Of a DNA stretch of 64,000 nucleotides, positions 60,436 to 64,000 are shown one piece after another; position 1 is the stretch's first letter; every line of letters starts with the position of its first letter. Below the pieces are notes generated by a model. The model did not search any database. It was not told the origin of the DNA and saw only the letters and a list, made by a program, of their open reading frames with translations. Both the position numbers and the translations under genes were made by a program. Origin of the DNA: Minisyncoccota bacterium (GTDB lineage: Bacteria > Patescibacteriota > Minisyncoccia > Phycocordibacterales > UBA1006); NCBI GenBank assembly GCA_021734445.1, contig JAIPIY010000001.1, positions 185,306 to 249,305 on the forward strand. The letters are read 5' to 3'.

Positions 60436-61131
60436 TTATTCTTTTTGAGATTTTAGCATTGGTAATAGTTTTCCAAACGATTCACGCAATAAACCTAATT
60501 CTGCACGAATTTCTTTTGCTGAATCCATGAAGATTCCATGTTGTTCTCGTAATTCTTGGTTTAATTCTGATGGGGTAGATCCTGATATTTCAATATTACC
60601 AGCCAATACCGCCAACGCTTTTACTGAAACTTCTATTTCTGACAATTGTGTTCGCATATTAGCAACCAATGATTCTGCATCTGACGTATCCATACCTGCA
60701 GATTGCATTACGGTAATACGTTCTGATGCTCGATCCAGAAATCCCGATATTTTTTGCACAGCAGATTCAAAACCAAAGACCATACGACTGTGTATTTTTG
60801 TTGCCATTTCTGCACGTCGTTCCATCATGATTGTTTTTTCTTTTTCTATTCGTTCTTTTGTTTGCAGACGAATATCTTGTAACGCATCATGTTTTTCTTT
60901 GCGGAAATCAGCAACCTGCATCATACGTGCCTGAATATCTTCGGCATTATCGATACGTTGTTGCTGAATGTCTTGAATCGCTTTCATGCGTTCTTGCATC
61001 ATGTCAGCTTGTAATTGTTTTTGTTCCATACGCACAGACATATCTGCACGTACAGCAGTTTCTGCCTGGACAAATGAAATGCCCAGACCAAAAAAGACAA
61101 ACGCACTGGTGAAAAAAGTAATATATTTCAT
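60436..61131 (-). CDS. Secreted coiled-coil protein
   Basis: Signal peptide; helical Q/E/R-rich body. Confidence 0.72.
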   Translation of the reverse strand: MKYITFFTSAFVFFGLGISFVQAETAVRADMSVRMEQKQLQADMMQERMKAIQDIQQQRIDNAEDIQARMMQVADFRKEKHDALQDIRLQTKERIEKEKTIMMERRAEMATKIHSRMVFGFESAVQKISGFLDRASERITVMQSAGMDTSDAESLVANMRTQLSEIEVSVKALAVLAGNIEISGSTPSELNQELREQHGIFMDSAKEIRAELGLLRESFGKLLPMLKSQKE

Positions 61132-61245
61132 AAAAAATTGATTAATGAATAACCTAGAAGGAATCAATCCTTCGTCTTTTCATTATACCATATTCCCTAT
61201 AAACAAAAGAGCCCATCAGGGCTCTTTTGTTTATAATATGTTTCC

Positions 61246-61785
61246 TTATTTCCCAAATTTTTCTTTGTATAATTGAATCGATTTTTCTATCGCTTCGATG
61301 GCTTCTTGTTTACCGCCTATATGGGGAATAGTTACGATAACTTCTTCTCCATCTTTTTTTAATTTTTTGTAGGTTTCAAAAAAGTGTTTGTATTCTTTTA
61401 GTGTGTGTTTATTTACATCCTGCAAATCTTTGATATCTTCCCATCTTTTATCTTCTACAGGTACAGCAATAATTTTGTAATCAGATTCTCCATCATCAAC
61501 CATTTGCATCACTGCAACTGGTCGCACGCGGACCAACACGCCAGGGAACAATGGGTATGTAGTTAACACAACCACATCCAATGGATCATTATCATCCCAC
61601 AGTGTCTGCGGAACATATCCATAATCAAATGGGTATGCGGCTGCAGAATAATTTGCTCGATCTAATGCAATTAATCCTGTTTCTTTATCTATTTCATATT
61701 TGTTTGGAGAATTTTTTGGAATTTCAATAATTACATTTAATTCGTCCGGCGTATTCCCTCGAGAAACGTCATGCCATAAATTCAT
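61246..61785 (-). CDS. ppa: Inorganic pyrophosphatase (family I)
   Basis: IEIP..KYE, YPFDYG, DNDPLD, DYKII, FFETYK. Confidence 0.96.
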   Translation of the reverse strand: MNLWHDVSRGNTPDELNVIIEIPKNSPNKYEIDKETGLIALDRANYSAAAYPFDYGYVPQTLWDDNDPLDVVVLTTYPLFPGVLVRVRPVAVMQMVDDGESDYKIIAVPVEDKRWEDIKDLQDVNKHTLKEYKHFFETYKKLKKDGEEVIVTIPHIGGKQEAIEAIEKSIQLYKEKFGK

Positions 61786-61807
61786 ATATTTTATATTAGA
61801 TAAATGA

Positions 61808-63148
61808 TTAATTAGTTTCCTCTGTATTAGATTCAGATGCTGCGATTTTTTCTTCAGCTTCTGATTCAGTCACATCGTCTACTGAAACTTCTTCTTGTGA
61901 TTCGGCATCAACAGTAGGCTCGTCCGTAGTTCCGTCATCAACAATTCCTTCTTCCAAAGTTTCTTCTGCATTATTTGATTCTTCTGGAGATTCTGTTCCT
62001 TTGATATCAATTCTCCATTCAGTTAATTTTGCAGCCAATCGTACGTTTTGACCGCCTTTTCCGATAGCTAATGACAATTGGTCTTCGGCAACTTCGATAT
62101 GTGCTGTTCGGTCTTCTTCGTTTAGTTGAATATCAATCACACGTGCAGGGGACAATGCAGAAGAAATAAATTCTGATGCATTTTCTGACCAAGGAATAAT
62201 ATCAATTTTTTCATTTCCTAATTCTCCCATCACGGTAACTACACGAATTCCTTTTTGACCAACACATGCACCAATAGGATCAATATTATCATCATTGGTG
62301 AATACTGCGATCTTTGTTCGAGAACCAGCTTCGCGTGCAATCGCTTTTATTTCTACGATACCGCTGGCAACCTCGGGAGATTCTAATGAAAACAATGCTT
62401 CGACAAATCGAGGATGACTACGAGACAATTTCAATGAAACACCTCGGGCACCTTCTTCTACTTGATACAAATACGCTCGGATACGTGATCCAACGCGGAA
62501 AATTTCTCCTGGTATTTGTTCTTCTCGTGGCAATACAGCGACTGCGCGGTTGATATCAATATAGATATTTCCTCGGTCTACACGTTGTACAATACCACTG
62601 ATAATTTCTCCTTCACGTCCAGAAAATTCTTGGACCACGACATCTCGTTCTGCTTCGCGGATACGTTGGATGATTACCTGTTTTGCGGTTTGTGCTGCAA
62701 TACGGCCAAAATCATCTTTTACTTCTAATGGGAAAATAATTTCTTCACCCAATGATGCATCGTTTTTCATACGACGTGCATCTTCGATCATAATATGTTG
62801 TTCTGGATTAAATCGTGTTCGTTCGTCATCTTCTGCACGTTCTTCGGGTTCTTCACCTGGGCCTGCCCGCTCGTGACTCGCAGTGGCAGACGGGACCGAT
62901 TCTTCCTCTGATTCTTCTGGTATCACATACACCAATGATTCATCGACAACGGTTTTTACTTGTTCGAATGCGGTTGTCCCATCGTCTAAATTAAATTGCG
63001 CACGAACAATTTGACCACGTTTTCCGTAGTCTTTTTTGTATGCAGCAGCCAAAGCCTGTTCGATTGCTTCGATTATTTTTTCTTTTGGAATGTTTCGCTC
63101 GTCTTCTAGTTGAGCTAATGTTGTGTTGAGTGCTTTTAAATCAAGCAT
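61808..63148 (-). CDS. nusA: Transcription factor NusA
   Basis: FGRIAAQTAKQ, AREAGSRTK, GACVG, LAIGKGGQNVRLA. Confidence 0.97.
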   Translation of the reverse strand: MLDLKALNTTLAQLEDERNIPKEKIIEAIEQALAAAYKKDYGKRGQIVRAQFNLDDGTTAFEQVKTVVDESLVYVIPEESEEESVPSATASHERAGPGEEPEERAEDDERTRFNPEQHIMIEDARRMKNDASLGEEIIFPLEVKDDFGRIAAQTAKQVIIQRIREAERDVVVQEFSGREGEIISGIVQRVDRGNIYIDINRAVAVLPREEQIPGEIFRVGSRIRAYLYQVEEGARGVSLKLSRSHPRFVEALFSLESPEVASGIVEIKAIAREAGSRTKIAVFTNDDNIDPIGACVGQKGIRVVTVMGELGNEKIDIIPWSENASEFISSALSPARVIDIQLNEEDRTAHIEVAEDQLSLAIGKGGQNVRLAAKLTEWRIDIKGTESPEESNNAEETLEEGIVDDGTTDEPTVDAESQEEVSVDDVTESEAEEKIAASESNTEETN

Positions 63149-63408
63149 GATAGTGGAAACACCAAAATAAAGATTATTCTTGTACCTTGCGTGTTTGTAT
63201 TTAATTGTTAAACCCTTTTAAAAAACAAAGCCCGTTTTTGACGGACTGGAAAAGGATGGTATCACTATATCAGAACGGGGGAGGTTTGTAAATAATGCGG
63301 CTTATGGACTTGTATTGTATGGATACCGGTGCAATTATTGACAAATCTATATAAAATGTTATCTTATTTCTGTAAGCAACTCAGCCTACACGCACATTAA
63401 AAAACCAA

Positions 63409-64000
63409 ATGACACAAGAACAACAGAAACTTTGGGACAAATTGTCGGGATACAATCTTGACAACCCCCAATCGGCATTACCATTCTCCAAACGCCTTGC
63501 GCGTGAGAACCACTGGTCGCAATCGTATACAAACAATGTGATCGAGGAGTACAAAAAATTCGCCTTTCTGGCGATGATTGCGGGACACCCCGTTACCCCT
63601 TCGGATGAAGTGGACCAAGTATGGCATCTGCACATGTTGTACAATGAGGAGTATTTTCAGAACTTCTGCGCGAACATTCTTCCTAAACCTTTGTACCATG
63701 GGCCAACAAAGGGTGGTCAGAACGAGAATGCCAAATATGACGACTGGTATTCAAAAACCAAGGAATCATACGAACGTATTTTCGAAATGAAACCACCAGA
63801 AAACATCTGGCCGGAGAACAGTGTTCGTTTTGGAAGAGTATTCGTACGCATTAACATGCACGAGCACGTTGTCATCAAAGCAGATGACTTTCCAATTCTC
63901 TCCCGCCTAATCATTTTCATCCTTGACCTCTTCCGCCCAAAAATTGCACCATCGTTGGTTCAGGTTGTGGGTCTATTTCTCGCGCTATTCCTTACCGGAT
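63409..64000 (+). CDS. DUF1399/TIGR04222-like protein (truncated by window edge)
   Basis: FSKRLARENHW..EEYKKFAFL..TPSDEVDQVWHLH..HGP; not in the ORF track because there is no stop in the window. Confidence 0.8.
   Translation, partial: MTQEQQKLWDKLSGYNLDNPQSALPFSKRLARENHWSQSYTNNVIEEYKKFAFLAMIAGHPVTPSDEVDQVWHLHMLYNEEYFQNFCANILPKPLYHGPTKGGQNENAKYDDWYSKTKESYERIFEMKPPENIWPENSVRFGRVFVRINMHEHVVIKADDFPILSRLIIFILDLFRPKIAPSLVQVVGLFLALFLTG

Noticed and set aside
198-62876. Numerous antisense and overlapping ORFs in the six-frame track
   Set aside because: Shadows of well-supported genes on the opposite strand, with no motifs or expression signals

Overview
AT-rich bacterial chromosomal window. Gene content suggests a Patescibacteria/CPR (Parcubacteria-like) genome using genetic code 11; this is inference from the type IV pilus cluster, large GWxW-repeat surface proteins, several TrmB regulators, mostly leaderless genes and the absence of biosynthetic genes. 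Core genes lie mostly on the minus strand (pilB, pilC, comM, pnp, rpsO, cca, hup, rny, clpP, tig, ppa, nusA), interleaved with many stand-alone accessory genes. Main observations: (1) a complete diversity-generating retroelement (DGR) between tig and clpP, with 20 of 21 TR/VR differences at TR adenines and an avd gene antisense to TR and RT; (2) two promoter-driven, ORF-poor, highly structured regions (about 650 nt at 22.6-23.25 kb and about 950 nt at 47.35-48.3 kb) that look like large ncRNAs I cannot assign to a known class; (3) 17 parS-like palindromes in 3.5 kb, many inside the cca and yraN coding sequences; (4) tRNA genes with duplicated fragments, including an intact tRNA-Pro nested between the two halves of a second copy; (5) an IS481-family element and dispersed dRS3-like/REP-like palindromes. 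All calls come from reading the sequence by eye; no searches were run.
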